This document shows positions 49,901 through 62,400 of a DNA stretch of 64,000 nucleotides, in pieces. The translations under genes and the position numbers were made by a program. The stretch is from contig CBFFRP010000423.1 of NCBI GenBank assembly GCA_965644295.1, positions 326,272-390,271 of the forward strand. Reading direction: 5' to 3'. Positions within the stretch are counted from its first letter, which is position 1; each line of letters opens with the position of its first letter. The DNA is from Paraphysomonas bandaiensis (Eukaryota; Protista; Chrysophyceae). The notes below the pieces were generated by a model. The model saw nothing but the letters and a program-made list of their open reading frames with translations. It was not told where the DNA came from and did not search any database.

Positions 49901-51039
49901 ATTTTCCCTGGAACATTCTTACCCAAAGGGCGTGGAGCTGGGGAACTATATGAGGCTGCTCAAAATACTCTCGCAGCTAAAATCTCTGCTGGTGGTGGCC
50001 ACACTGGGTATATGCTGCCTCTATAACACTGATATAGTTATCTAAAGCGTACTCAGGTGGTCTGCGGCATGGGAAATGTGCCTATGGGCTCGCCTAAGGG
50101 AGAATTCAGGAGTCTGGAATGCCACTACTAAAGTTTTGAGCAAGTATTCGGCTGACAATCTGCTTGGATTGCACCCTCCTTTAAAACAGTGGAATAAAGA
50201 ATGTCCTACCTGCTTTAAGGAGAAAGAAAAGAGTGTGGCAAGTGGATTGAAGAGTGGTGGTAGGCTTGTTCATTCAGAGTCAAGTCCTCGTGGAATGATT
50301 GATAAGGACGGTGCCGTGGTATGTATATTTCTCTACAGCACTATATCAACTATACGCACCATTGTGTTGATTCGATGATATCGTAATATACTGAGTGGCA
50401 GCGAGCATACTAATTATGTTTTAGTTTCAAATAGATACCAATATGGGATATGCAGCAGGGGTTCTGGAGATGGTGCTTCAAAGCTATGACCCCGGTGTCG
50501 TCATGCTTCTTCCCTCCCTACCCAAGGAAATATCTCATTCAGGTAGGGAGGAGTGAATTGTATGTACAAACCAGAGCAATATGTCGTTGTACGTAGGTTC
50601 TATTGTCAGGGGTGTTTGCCGTGGAGGAGTGAAGGTTTCGATGACGTGGGAAAACGGAAAAGTCATCGTTGCAACCCTCGAAATCTCTCAACGAAATCCG
50701 TGGTTGGAGGGTGTTAAAGAGACATCTCGTGGTTATTTTAGAGCTCGATCTCTAGCGCTCTCTGAAGCGATACAAGTGACCCTTGTGGCTCCGAATCCAA
50801 TATATAGTCATCGCATTTTGAATAGTGTGGAGTGCTTTTCTGATGCTGTCGATATCTCGCAACATGCGATGCCTACTGTCTCGAAGAGTGGAGACAATTT
50901 TTTATTCTTACAGATTACTTCATATCCGTGTACAATATTAGTATGTGCTGATAGTTTGTCAGCAGAAGTTTGTAGTAATCGTGTCAAAGAATTACGACCG
51001 CTTTCTGTTGCCATGGCTGACACTCATTCACTATTCTAA
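46936..51039 (+). CDS. GH95 alpha-L-fucosidase-like glycoside hydrolase with N-terminal membrane anchor
   Basis: IPVG|NGRIGA, KYLLLSSS..NLQGLW..WNGDYHLNINLQMTYWP, GGAWLALHLWEH, TSPEN, GHRHFSSL, GHTG|WSAAW, FQID.N.G..AG..EMVLQS. About 7 introns. Confidence 0.92.
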
Positions 51040-51881
51040 AAGCAATGAGATGTCAGCATAACACTTTGCTGCTTATGTCATTCTGTTGTCAATTTTATCA
51101 GGTAAGTTAGGGCCAACATAGAACTATTTTTGTCTTCGAGCTGTACACACTGATTTTTTGTTTTTGCAGTGCTACAAGCTTGTATAGGAGTTTGTTGCCG
51201 TTATTCAACCTAAATCGAATAGTGTTACAACATTTACGAAATTATGTTAAGTTTACGCACTCAAAATTTCATATATGGACTTGTTGGTGTTTTTCTTTTT
51301 CGTATTTCGTATAGCCCAGCGTATCATCACAACATATATTGACAAAATTGAATGGTATTATTACTACTTGCATGTAATTTTTTGTCCGTGAGGATTTACT
51401 TATTGTTCAACTTTCATCATCTGAGATGATCGGACCACTACAAATGTAAAAATATCTATGAAATCGAGTGGGTCTGAGTTAAGTATAATACGTCTAAAAA
51501 TGTTTGTACTCAGAGATCAGAGATTTATCTCACATAGTTTATGTGTAGTATAACTGCTTCATCTAAACAATAACTTTTATATCAAACTGATTTATATTTA
51601 TATATATATCATCATCATACGTTATTGTGCAACTGACAACCAAGCGACCTTTTCCGTGAATGTGCATATACGCCGTGTCATATGCACAACCAATAAACAC
51701 AAGGGGGCGGGAGGAGGGAGCGAGCTCCTTTCTTTTTGATAACTTACCTATTGACAGACTTTGGTAAAAGTATTCTCTCCTGAAAATTTATAATAACTTA
51801 TTACTTTCATAAATTTCATGAAAGCCAAGAAACGAGAAAGCCTTGTTCAAATTTTTAAGAAATACTTATTTAAACTACGTA

Positions 51882-53759
51882 CAGTTCGTTCACTCATAAC
51901 TAGCTGCCCAAAAAACGGTCGACAGTTACGATTTTTTCAGTTATTGAGCTTGATAATAATATTTCAGGAAATCTCTCAATTTCACTACCACTGCCCCCAC
52001 ACATCCTTCCAAACCAACTTGACACTGTCAATCAGATCACAGGCTTCCATTTGCATGCTTAAGATATCTCATTCATACTCTATGTCCACTATTAGAATGA
52101 TGCCAACACAATGGTCCCAAAATTTTCGAGGTCCGATGGCGTGCAAAATATATATTTTGCATTTCACCTCAAACGAACTCCATATTTTGTGGTAAGTATC
52201 GCAACATCACTGGTGACGATCTCACGTTGGTTATTTTTATTTAAGGAGGGCCTGCTTGTATCAAACATGGCTATTAACAAGAGATCAAAACCTGTCAGAA
52301 AATCATCCCGTGGAAAGAGGTCTGCAGTGGATACAATGCACGGTCAAAAGGGCAGGAAAAATAGAGAGAAAAGAGAATTACGTGCAAGGCGACGTCCAGC
52401 GGGGATAGAGGAGGAATTAGTCCAAGAAGACCCTGAGGTGGTGGAGGGAAAAAGCAGAAGTTCAGTGTGACTTCAGAGACAGGGCTGTTGCCATTCGGGA
52501 GGAGCTATATGTCGACCTCAGGGCCAATTGGCATCATTCGATGATGTTGTTAATGTCTTACGCATCTATTCTTATGTTATTATGAAGAAGAGAGCAAACA
52601 ATCACAAGCCTTTAAATTTACTGCTGACGCATTACAGATGAGCGACACGACTGTTAGACATATCATTCAGGAGTATGACACAAATGGTCAAGAAGTGTAC
52701 TGTACCTGGTGCAGTATAGCACCAACTCGAGGTACAGGCAGCAAGGCCTATGTTTATGAGCACATGAAAATTCAGAAAGAGATGCTTATTTCATATCATG
52801 ACTACATTATGAATGAATTGCGGGATGGCGTAAGGCATACATATGCGGACCTGCATCAGTATCTCGAGAACCAATTTGACATCAAAGTGTCGTACACCGC
52901 TTTTTACAAAAACGAATGTGTTTCGACTTTGATTATGTTAACGGTGTCATTCTGTATAACACTATTTCAGTAAAAAAATAACACTGCAAATCCGACGATT
53001 TATTATGCTGTTATATACTGGTACGTTATTGTTGAAGAAATTATGTTATTTTTATATATATACAAAAACCGAAGATGATGTATGTGCTGTGATACCGTAA
53101 CATTTATTACTTGTTATGATGGTGTGTATTAACATATTAGCGTCTCTACAGATGCAATTAAAAAGGAAAAACAAGGGGGTGCCTGTATTGCATACATGTC
53201 ATTGAATGAGACGAGTGTGGAGATATCATAGCAGGAAGACTGGCATATATAGAATTGTCGATGCAATTACTTCTGATGGTGCAATCAGAGAATAAAAGAG
53301 GTAAATTATTGTATACGTTGTGGTCCTACTATACAAAATCAGGAGACTACCACACTGCCATGAATTTCGAGTCGTTTCAGAAATGGATTAACTGTTGTTT
53401 TGTTCCAATATGGAAGAAAAAGTATCCTGGTACCCCTTGCATTCTAGTATTGGTCAATGCCCCCTACCATATGGGAGGCATGATTAACCCATATCGTCGC
53501 AGCAAGAGTGCGTGTACGCTGCATTTGTGCATGTGTCTGCCTAGGGGGTCCCATATTACTGTCAACAGGAATGGCACGCTGCTGCAGTTTGAAGTGCCTA
53601 GGCATGGAGAGTTTCCAAATTCTCCAGCAGGTCCATCTCTCAGGGAGCTTCAAGAGGCGGTTCACGACATTCTAGCTGATTACAAGCCTTGCGACTTGCT
53701 GACTTGGGTAGAATGTCGCTTTGCAGAGCTTGGTTGGGAGGTGATATTTACCCCACCTC
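51882..53759 (+). pseudogene. Decayed Tc1/mariner (IS630-like) transposase element
   Basis: Possible left end TA|CAGTTCG. Frameshifted fragments include DYH..MN...F.KW, LVLVNAPYH (D to V) and EVIFTPP. Interrupted by a SINE copy. Confidence 0.75.
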
Positions 53760-54011
53760 AGGCAGCCCAATACCCCGGTTACCCTTCAGGTGGGCCCTGT
53801 CCCGGATGCCTGTTTATTTGTCAGGGCCCAAAGACGTCTACACAAGTGACACTTTTGGTGTCCCTTGTACCACACAAGCATTCGGCTATGCGTGGGCAGA
53901 AGAATATCTGATGACTATGTTTGCGGCTCACGTTAGTTTCCCAGAGAAAATCTCTCCGGTACTTATCCCCCAGAACACCACGAAAAGGTGCGAGTCCGAC
54001 TGTGTTGAGGG
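53760..54011 (-). mobile_element. SINE-like element, 5' half (copy S7)
   Basis: Reverse complement CCCTCAACACAGTCGGACTCGCACCTTTTCGTGGTGTTCTGGGGG...CTAACGTGAGCCG... Confidence 0.88.
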
Positions 54012-54639
54012 AAGATGCCTATATATTTGCACACAGAAGCATCAAGGTGTCGTCCAGTTGTCATAAGCTTGCAAAAAATAGTCATAATCACCTTTTCAGC
54101 TCTCTGGTAAACAACCCCTCTTACAAGAACATTAGTATAATATATATATAGTGCTATTATATTATATACAAAATTACGCTTCATGGAACGAAATCGTGTT
54201 GGCAGTTTAGGTGTGCTTTCTTGTTTTTTCGGTTGTCTTCTTAAGTAAACGATTGACCTCGTCTTCCTCATATTATCCTCTTTCATCGAATTCGCCTTCG
54301 TCTTCTGCAAGTACATCATAGCGATCAAAAAGCGTCGCACTTGAACTTTTCAGTTCTTCTTCCATACATACCACGCTGAATCTTGACTACTGCTTTCTCA
54401 ATTTCTGCAATTGAACAGTGTCCGCGTCTGCATCCAGGGGAGGAATTTTATCCCGAGGTAGTGGCACCCAGGAGGAATCACCGAGAATTGTACTTTTGGA
54501 CATCATCCAGATCAAGCTGTTCTTCTCCATCATCTGATTGCGAAAAATGTTTGCAGAGAGACAACAATAGGATAAACCTAAACCTCCTTTTTTTTAATTG
54601 AGACACAAGCACCCCTATCCTGGTATGATCCATATATAT

Positions 54640-54746
54640 AGTGTCTGATTATTTAGCAATAGACATGTAAGTGTGACACTAAACAGAAATCTATCTACAA
54701 TATATATATATACTTAATATTAATATCCTACTATATTTGACGCTAC
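54640..54746 (-). repeat. Degenerate 3' module of the SINE/LINE family
   Basis: Reverse complement gtagcgtcaaatatagtaggata...ctattgctaaataatcagacact. Confidence 0.6.
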
Positions 54747-54898
54747 TCAAATGGAATGTTCGCTCCACATAGCTATGAAATTTCAAAAAACGTCTATAGT
54801 CTCGATTTATTTTAGTTCATCAGTGACACATTCGAAATAAACGCTATAAACACAATAGCCTTACGTATAACTAGTCCGATGCGAAAGTCAATACACTC

Positions 54899-56732
54899 CT
54901 ACTCCGGTGATCCATACACCACTAAAGATATTACAGCAAATGTCATGAGAAATATTCCAAATACTAAAACTAAAAAGATCGACTTTCTTGACGTCAAAAC
55001 ACTTGAATACACCGTTGTCGGACTAATACGTTTATCTAAAAAGTACTTTTCGGAGTAAAATGCAAGCAATGCAGGAAATATAAACCCCACGGCCATACCA
55101 GTAATTCCTGTGTAATCTGTAATAGCACCAAGATCAGAGATAACGCTCGCGCCAATTATCGGCGGGATTGATGCCAAGAGACGAAATCCCACCAAATAAT
55201 ATCGAGGGTAATTCTTAGCGTCGTCACCGAGAGCAGAAGTGTAAAGACTGTTTCCTAAGGAAGTTATATGAGCAACAATAACACACACGAGTGGAGAATT
55301 CACTGTATAAAAAAGCATTGAAACACAAAACAATACCCTCTGTACGATTATATGTTAAGGGCAATACGCACTGTTGGAAACTGACCTAAAGTAATAGCGT
55401 TCAGAGGAAAAGCACTAGCAACATCAAGAGCAGGAAAAATGACAACATAAGTCGAAACTAGTTTCTGCAATGCCGGAACAACACCTTTGTGGAAAGAACC
55501 ATAGTCACGCCAATTCAAATTAGAGGATGATCGTATATTCTCCCCAAAATATACCGATAAGGTGACCCCAATAAGGGTGTAGGCAAAAAAACAGCAGAAC
55601 AATGTAAGCGCGAAGGTGCTTCCCAGAGATTTTTTATTCTTAGCTGGTTCAGAAAGTGCAGGAACAGAGTGATGAAACATATTGGCATACACAGCTATAG
55701 GAAATATTATGTGAAGGCCACTAAAATCAATCATATTCGAGCCGTATGAATGGGTTGTCGAGCTTTCTGCACCGAATGGATCACCATCAGACTTAAAGGC
55801 CCCTGATACCGATCCCACCATAAATAGGACCATTACAACTCGGCAAAGTGCCAACACAATCTGGATATACATCTGTTCTTTTAGTTCCATACAGCTAAAT
55901 GGTACAACAATGACAGCAAATAATAGTAGATATACGTAGTATGCAGCTGGACCAAAGTCAACATGTGTGACAAAGGCGTTAGCGAATACTGTGCTGAAAG
56001 CCCAGAGAGTGCCATATAAGAAGACAGCAATTGTTACTGTGTAAGCCAATTTACCAGTAGGACCCATAAATATATCACACAGCTCCGTAAGTTCAAACTT
56101 CCGTGGCCCAACAATTAACTCACCATGCTGATGGCGTAAGCTTTTCGGTAATTGTCTGGACAATACTTGACTGGAATTAAAGCGCGTTAAATCGGCGACA
56201 TAGAGAAGATTTTGTGTAGATGTGAGCGCTGTAGCACGTGCCATAGCTTCCAAAATAAAGTAGATGGATATCAAAGAAGGAACTATCATAAAACATAAGA
56301 CGATTGCTCCTAATGCTGTACCACATTCGTAGAATGCCCTACATGAAAATTAGTCGACAATATGAATCACATATCACCTGAACTACCATGGAAGAGTCAG
56401 AAAACCTACTCAAATGAAAACACGTATAAAATGAATGGAAGAATTCTGATATAAACCTACGTACCAGTCCCCATAACATAGTTTACACTGAATGCCACTA
56501 TGACCAAAGACGAAAGTTCCCCACCATCTGTAGCTTCCACTCGTTGATTAGATGGATCATTGCTGCGAATAAGAGAGTCTGTGTCATGAAGGCTTGTACT
56601 AATTGTTTCGTTGAAGGACTGTAATGAGTGCTTATTATCACCGTTTTCTGTGTATTCTTGAGCATCGGAACATTCCCGCTCAATCAAATAGTCAGTATCA
56701 TCACATGTAGACTCTCTATTCGTCAACTCCAT
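54899..56732 (-). CDS. TMEM104: Amino-acid transporter family protein (TMEM104-like)
   Basis: NYVMGTG|FLTLPW|AF, RKFELTELC, YANMFHHSVP, FPALDVASAFPLNAITLG|NSL. Multiple TM helices; 19-nt micro-exon at 56387-56405. Confidence 0.8.
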
Positions 56733-57166
56733 CACTTGTATAATCTTGTCAAGTAGCGAGTGTTTTGTGACTCTGTTGACACACACGCCTTTAAATTAAC
56801 AGGAAGCCAAGCCCGTCATGCTGTCCACACTCAAACCGCACAAATAAATTCAATCAACAGAAGTATACATATGTATACGGCAGTATATGGTAGGTATACA
56901 CACTGTGCTATACACAATAATTTGGTAGAATTATACGTAGGTATTATTGGCTCCTGTGCCGTATATGAGGCATGGTACGGTATGGATTTTTGGTTGTGCA
57001 TAAAAATACCATGGCATAGAGTACCGGAGTACTCCATATGATATACTCGTGCAGAGGCTGTGTAGGTTCTTGATAATAGAATAGCTTTCCTTTTGCAGAT
57101 ATGATTGTTGTGTATTGATATAACAACAATGATTTTCTCTAGCATGGAATATTTAATCTTCAAATA

Positions 57167-58330
57167 ATGTTAAGCAGAGTGCTAACGTTACTCGCTGTTG
57201 TTTTCTATTTACACGGGAAAGTGCCTCATACATCATGCAATGTACTTCATTCAGATGCCTCTGCAGTCACCAGGACAGTGCCTATGCCGCCTACACTGAT
57301 GTATTCTATATACATGGGCAGGATAAAGTATAACTATTTGGCCCTAACTTTAGAATCAATGCGACTGAACCCGTCTGTCACGTTTGTGATTATAAATATC
57401 GTTCAAAATGAAAGTGAAGCATTTCACCATCATGGAAACAAGGGCAATCTGGTTCGTAATTTTGGCGCAGAAAATATAATTCTAAGAGTTATAAGTATTT
57501 CGACTTGGACCAATATTGTGGAACAAAAATTAGGGATTCGTGTTCCTTTTACGATGGCTTGGTACTATAAGTTGTGTGATTATAAACCTCTTTTGGCATA
57601 CTTATTTCCTGAATATTACCAAGCTGTTTCAATTGTAAAGTATAGGTATTGGGGATACTGTGATCTGGATTTGGTTTGGGGATCTTTTCAGCAGTTTTCC
57701 TATCTATTTCAAGGACAGTTTTATATTATTCGTACGAATTGGTGGAACGTAAATGGAATGGCCCAATTTTTTAAATTGGATAATTTCACAACATCGATAT
57801 TTCTTCAGGATGAAATGTATGTAAATCTCTTGAAGGAGAATGTATACCGCAATTTAGACGAGGTGGGTAGGTGGATTCCTACAGAAAACGTTGTAGATGA
57901 TGGCTCGCATAGTATCAATAGTATTGTTAATAGGCTACGTGCGACGGACAGATTTAGATTTACAGTGAATGTTGGAAAACACGAAGACGACAATCTCTTT
58001 ATGGAGCAGCACCCTAACCCTGGTGGACGGAATCCAGCTGTTAGCTGGGTTGGTGGTAGACTACGTGTAATTCATAAAACTCGGCATTTTCCACCCGGAC
58101 GTGAGCTACTTTATATGCACAGAATGAGTAATATCCCACCCATACCGGCGGCGTATAGGAAAGGAATCATACGTGATATGATTACCTATGGATATCTCCT
58201 CCCAGGTTGGATTCCTTTGGTAACGAGATTTATGTGCAGGGATTCGATTAATAGTACTCATATCAAGCGAGATGGCGTTCGTACAATGCACAATTATCAT
58301 CCTTACGACCTGCTTTGTTTTGGAAAGTAA
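57167..58330 (+). CDS. DUF6625-type putative glycosyltransferase-like secreted protein
   Basis: Signal anchor; YKLCDYKP..AYLFPEY..YWGYCDLDLVWG (DxD). Confidence 0.75.
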   Translation: MLSRVLTLLAVVFYLHGKVPHTSCNVLHSDASAVTRTVPMPPTLMYSIYMGRIKYNYLALTLESMRLNPSVTFVIINIVQNESEAFHHHGNKGNLVRNFGAENIILRVISISTWTNIVEQKLGIRVPFTMAWYYKLCDYKPLLAYLFPEYYQAVSIVKYRYWGYCDLDLVWGSFQQFSYLFQGQFYIIRTNWWNVNGMAQFFKLDNFTTSIFLQDEMYVNLLKENVYRNLDEVGRWIPTENVVDDGSHSINSIVNRLRATDRFRFTVNVGKHEDDNLFMEQHPNPGGRNPAVSWVGGRLRVIHKTRHFPPGRELLYMHRMSNIPPIPAAYRKGIIRDMITYGYLLPGWIPLVTRFMCRDSINSTHIKRDGVRTMHNYHPYDLLCFGK

Positions 58331-59002
58331 GCATTTTAGAACTATTTTTGGATGGAAACGAGTATATTTCAAAGGGATAATCTCACCTATTGGAGCGAAG
58401 TCACTGTTGGGGTGTAAGTTTGGGTTATTATCGGGCTCTTTATTAATATCTGGTTGACACATCCGACCTCCCGAACTGATGTAACATATGTATGTTTTTC
58501 TAAAAAATGTGGAAATTACAGCTAGTAGGTTTTCGAGGAAGCATTGTCAGATGAATTTCTCTGTGGAGTAATTTGATTTGATTACCTTAGCTTATATCGA
58601 TATAAGGTTGCTTGCCATCTTTCCATACGATATAGGTCAACTATCGAACAAATTATACCTAAGTGTAAAATATGACTATATATATCAAGACGAAAATTCA
58701 TCTTTATCGCCTCGCTGTAGCAAGTATATTTGATATATAGGATTTAGTTTGAATTATATGTCAACACTAAAATATAAAGCTAATAAATGAGAGATATATC
58801 ACTATACCTCTCAACTTCAGTATCTTGCAAGTTACTACGTGGCCGATTACATGAAGGAAACATTCATCTGAAAGCTAAGATTATCAAGGAAAGCGTCATA
58901 TTCCTGGATTTCCAGTTAACAAAGTACTTCGCGAAAAGTATGTAAGACTAATTGCTAATGACCATACTGTCCCAGTCAATTATGGTGTCTGTAATCTATC
59001 AC

Positions 59003-59295
59003 TGTTGGGAAATGCTCATTTTACTTAGATCAAAGAGAGATTAAGTTGTTAGACTAGATAGATTTATTAATATCGTTTACACGAATTGTGTTAAACAACA
59101 CAAGCTCGTTTTGTGCCATGCATAAATCACTACTTCTGTAGACCTTTCGCTACTAAACATATCTTGAAAGAGCAAACTATTTCAGTTTTCTCAATATCAT
59201 AACAGCATCTACACATCACCATACTTCACTGTATTCTCGTACATTGTCTTCAAGTACCACATTGAATATACTAGGATACAGTCCATATTCTAATA
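59003..59295 (-). repeat. 3' LTR of the Copia element
   Basis: On the element strand, PPT TTGAGTGGGAG is followed by TATTAG...CCAACA (293 bp). Confidence 0.7.
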
Positions 59296-59468
59296 CTCCC
59301 ACTCAATGTAGAATGCAGTGATACGAAACAACAATGAGTACAGTGATCTTCATGCTATAAACTAGTCTCATAGGTAAAATAGATGTGAAATCTTATCAAG
59401 ATACATATATAACTAGCAGTCAACTAGATATATAGTTATGTGGGATTCTCACCCACTAAAACACACCT

Positions 59469-62400
59469 TTAACCTCTTCGGGGTCGCTTCTTCTGCTGCT
59501 CCTCAACTCTGGTTGACACACTTCTCTTAACCCCGGTAATAGTTTTCTCATGACGACTGAAAAGTTTCGTTGACAATGCCTTCGTGAAAATATCAGCCGC
59601 CATATCATCCGTCGACACATGAATCAACTTTGCCGTAGGAAATTTTCCATTTACATGCTCTCTCACCCAGTGATACTTGATGTCTATATGCTTCGACCTC
59701 TTATGATACACAGGATTCTCGGAGAGATCTTTCGCACTCTTGCTATCCATAAAGAATGGAGTCGGCTTCGCAACTAAGAGCCCGAGCTCCTTGAACACCC
59801 CCCGAAGCCACACCAGTTCTTGCATAGCCGCATACTCCGCCATATATTCAGATTCCATGCTCGAAGTTGCAACTGTGGTCTGTAGTTTAGACTGCCAGGC
59901 CAATGCGCCTGCACATAAGAACACAATGTATCCTGTTGTCGATCGCCGAGTCAGTCTATCACCAGCCCAATCTGAATCACTGAACACATGTAAGTCGAAC
60001 TCACTCCCACTGAATCTGATGCCCTCATCTATTGTTCCACGAAAATATTTCAATAAGTGAATCGCCAGTTTGCACGATGCATATGTCGGACAACTACTAA
60101 ATCGAGACAATAACCCCACTGCATAAGCCAGATCAGGTCTAGTATGCATTGCTAGATACAACACTGCTCCAATAATTTGCCGATACGGAAATGAGTCAAC
60201 CCACTGCTTCTGCTCCTCCGTAAGTTCACGTTCCTCTGCCAACAGATCCTGAACATTAGTAGGTAGTGGGGCCTCCTTATTCTTACTACTCTTTCCCATA
60301 ACTGAGCTGAATTTCTTGATAATATTCTTAGCATACTCAGATTGATCTAACATATACCAATTTTCTCCTCTGGTTATCCTGATGTTCAGAAATCGCTTAC
60401 ACACTCCCAGATCATGCATCTCGAATGTTTCACAGAACCTACGCTTTACGCTTTCCAAGTAAGTCAGATCAGCGGATGCAATTATGATATCATCAACATA
60501 TATCAATAATAAATGCAGTTTTCCGTTACTCCATCGCATATACAAACACGTATCCAAAATACACGGAGTAAAATGCAATGATTTAATAAACTTGTCAATA
60601 TGTTTATTCCACTGTCGCGGTGAAGATCGCAGTCCATACAATGCCTTGATTAGTTGAAAACACCATCCAGCTAGTAATTCCTCATCTGGTGGAGGTGCCA
60701 TATACACGTCATCCTCCAGATCTGCATAGCAAAATGCGGATGATACATCTAATTGATGCACATGCATCTGTAACATAAACGCAATCGCTAACACTAGTCT
60801 AATGGTTATACCCTTAACCACTGGAGCGAAAGTGGACGGCTCCTCCTCCTTCTTCTCTTGGAGATTTCCTAATGCCACTAGCCGAGCCTTGTACTTTACT
60901 ATATTCCCTAGTATGTCTCGCTTCACCGTATGCACATATTTCGCTCTAACTAATTTCACTCCGCTTGGAATTTTCACGATCTTCAAGACACGTCTTTTCA
61001 GCAATGATGTCTTCTCCACCATTCGAGCTTTTCTCCATTGTTGATACTGTGGAGATCTCTCTGCCTCGGCATATGAATTTGGTATCTTGATATCTTCTGT
61101 CTCTGCATGGTTAAGATCAATATTATGCGCATCCGGTACTTCAACCATATTAATCTCTCCTAAAACTGACGCGTTTGCCAGTCTCCGCTGCAGCCGTTTG
61201 CGTCGGACCCGACCATCACCATCTAGTTCAATCGGTCGACGAGGTATATAAGAACCCGTACCTTGCTCATCCTGAGCACGCACATCGTGCGTTGTGGGAG
61301 GAGCCCCGCTCACAACCCCAGACTCATAGTCTTCAGAGGTCTGCAACCTCACAGCTGTCTCCTGACAGGTTGGGTCAGGACTCTCCTGTAACCCTCCAGG
61401 TCTTCCCTGGTCCAGCACCCTGGCTGGCATAGTACTCAGGGCGTCCCCCTTTCCTATATATCCGGTATTCCCGGGAGTTTCTGCAGTCATTCGCACTACG
61501 TCCTCGACGTGAATCGGCACCCGGTGCTCGATATGCTTCCGACCTGCAGTTACCAGAGATCGATAGGCTACTATTACCCCCTTTCGTTCTACTACTCTCG
61601 TGGTCTTGTAGAGAAGACCATCCTCATCATCAATATGATATGTACCTTCTAAGCCCGCATAGTCAGACACAATTTTCGGTCTCTCGGCCTCCTTCACTCG
61701 AAGAGCATCTATCTCAGCGAAATAGCTCTCCGAGCGTGACGGTATGGACTCATCAGTTAATACATGTACCGACGTGACGACCCTATCAGTCGCAGGTAGA
61801 TATACATCATATCCTACCTTTTCATCTGAATATCCTATCAGATATCCGATAAGGGCCTTGTCGTCCCAGTCTTTCCGTCGATCCGCCTTTGTAGTGAGGA
61901 CATACGCACGACACCCCCATACTCTGAGATATTTCAGGTTGGGAGCCTCACCAGTCAAAAATTCAAGAGGGGACATATACCCCTTCGCTGTCTTTGTAGG
62001 CAATCGAATTAATATGTACCTGGCTGCCATGTAGGCATCTAGCCAAAACTGTGAAGGCAATCCTGACTGAATCAGCATCGCTAATGTCATCTCACCACAG
62101 GTCCTGAATTTCCGCTCCTCAATCGCGTTCATCTCAGGAGAGTCCGTAGAGCTCCACGTATGTTGATAGCAACCCTGTGACCTAAGATATTGTCGCAGCT
62201 CATCACATATTAGCTCCCCTGCTCCATCTGCATGGTAATGATGCATTTCTAATTTGTACCTTTTCACATCTCCTTCAAAAATCTTCTTGAAAACCTGCAG
62301 TACCGATGACCCAGTCCTATGAACAAGCCCTTCCGACCAGAACATCCGACTGGCATGGTGTGTTAGTTTGAGCACATATATTTCCCCTCCTCGAGCTGGA

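Noticed and set aside
51800-54600. Fanzor/TnpB cargo in the Tc1 element
   Set aside because: No RuvC or zinc-finger motifs recognised in any frame.
53963-54601. ORFs downstream of the Tc1 remnant
   Set aside because: Multiple stops in coding-like frames; could be a decayed transposon but cannot be assigned.
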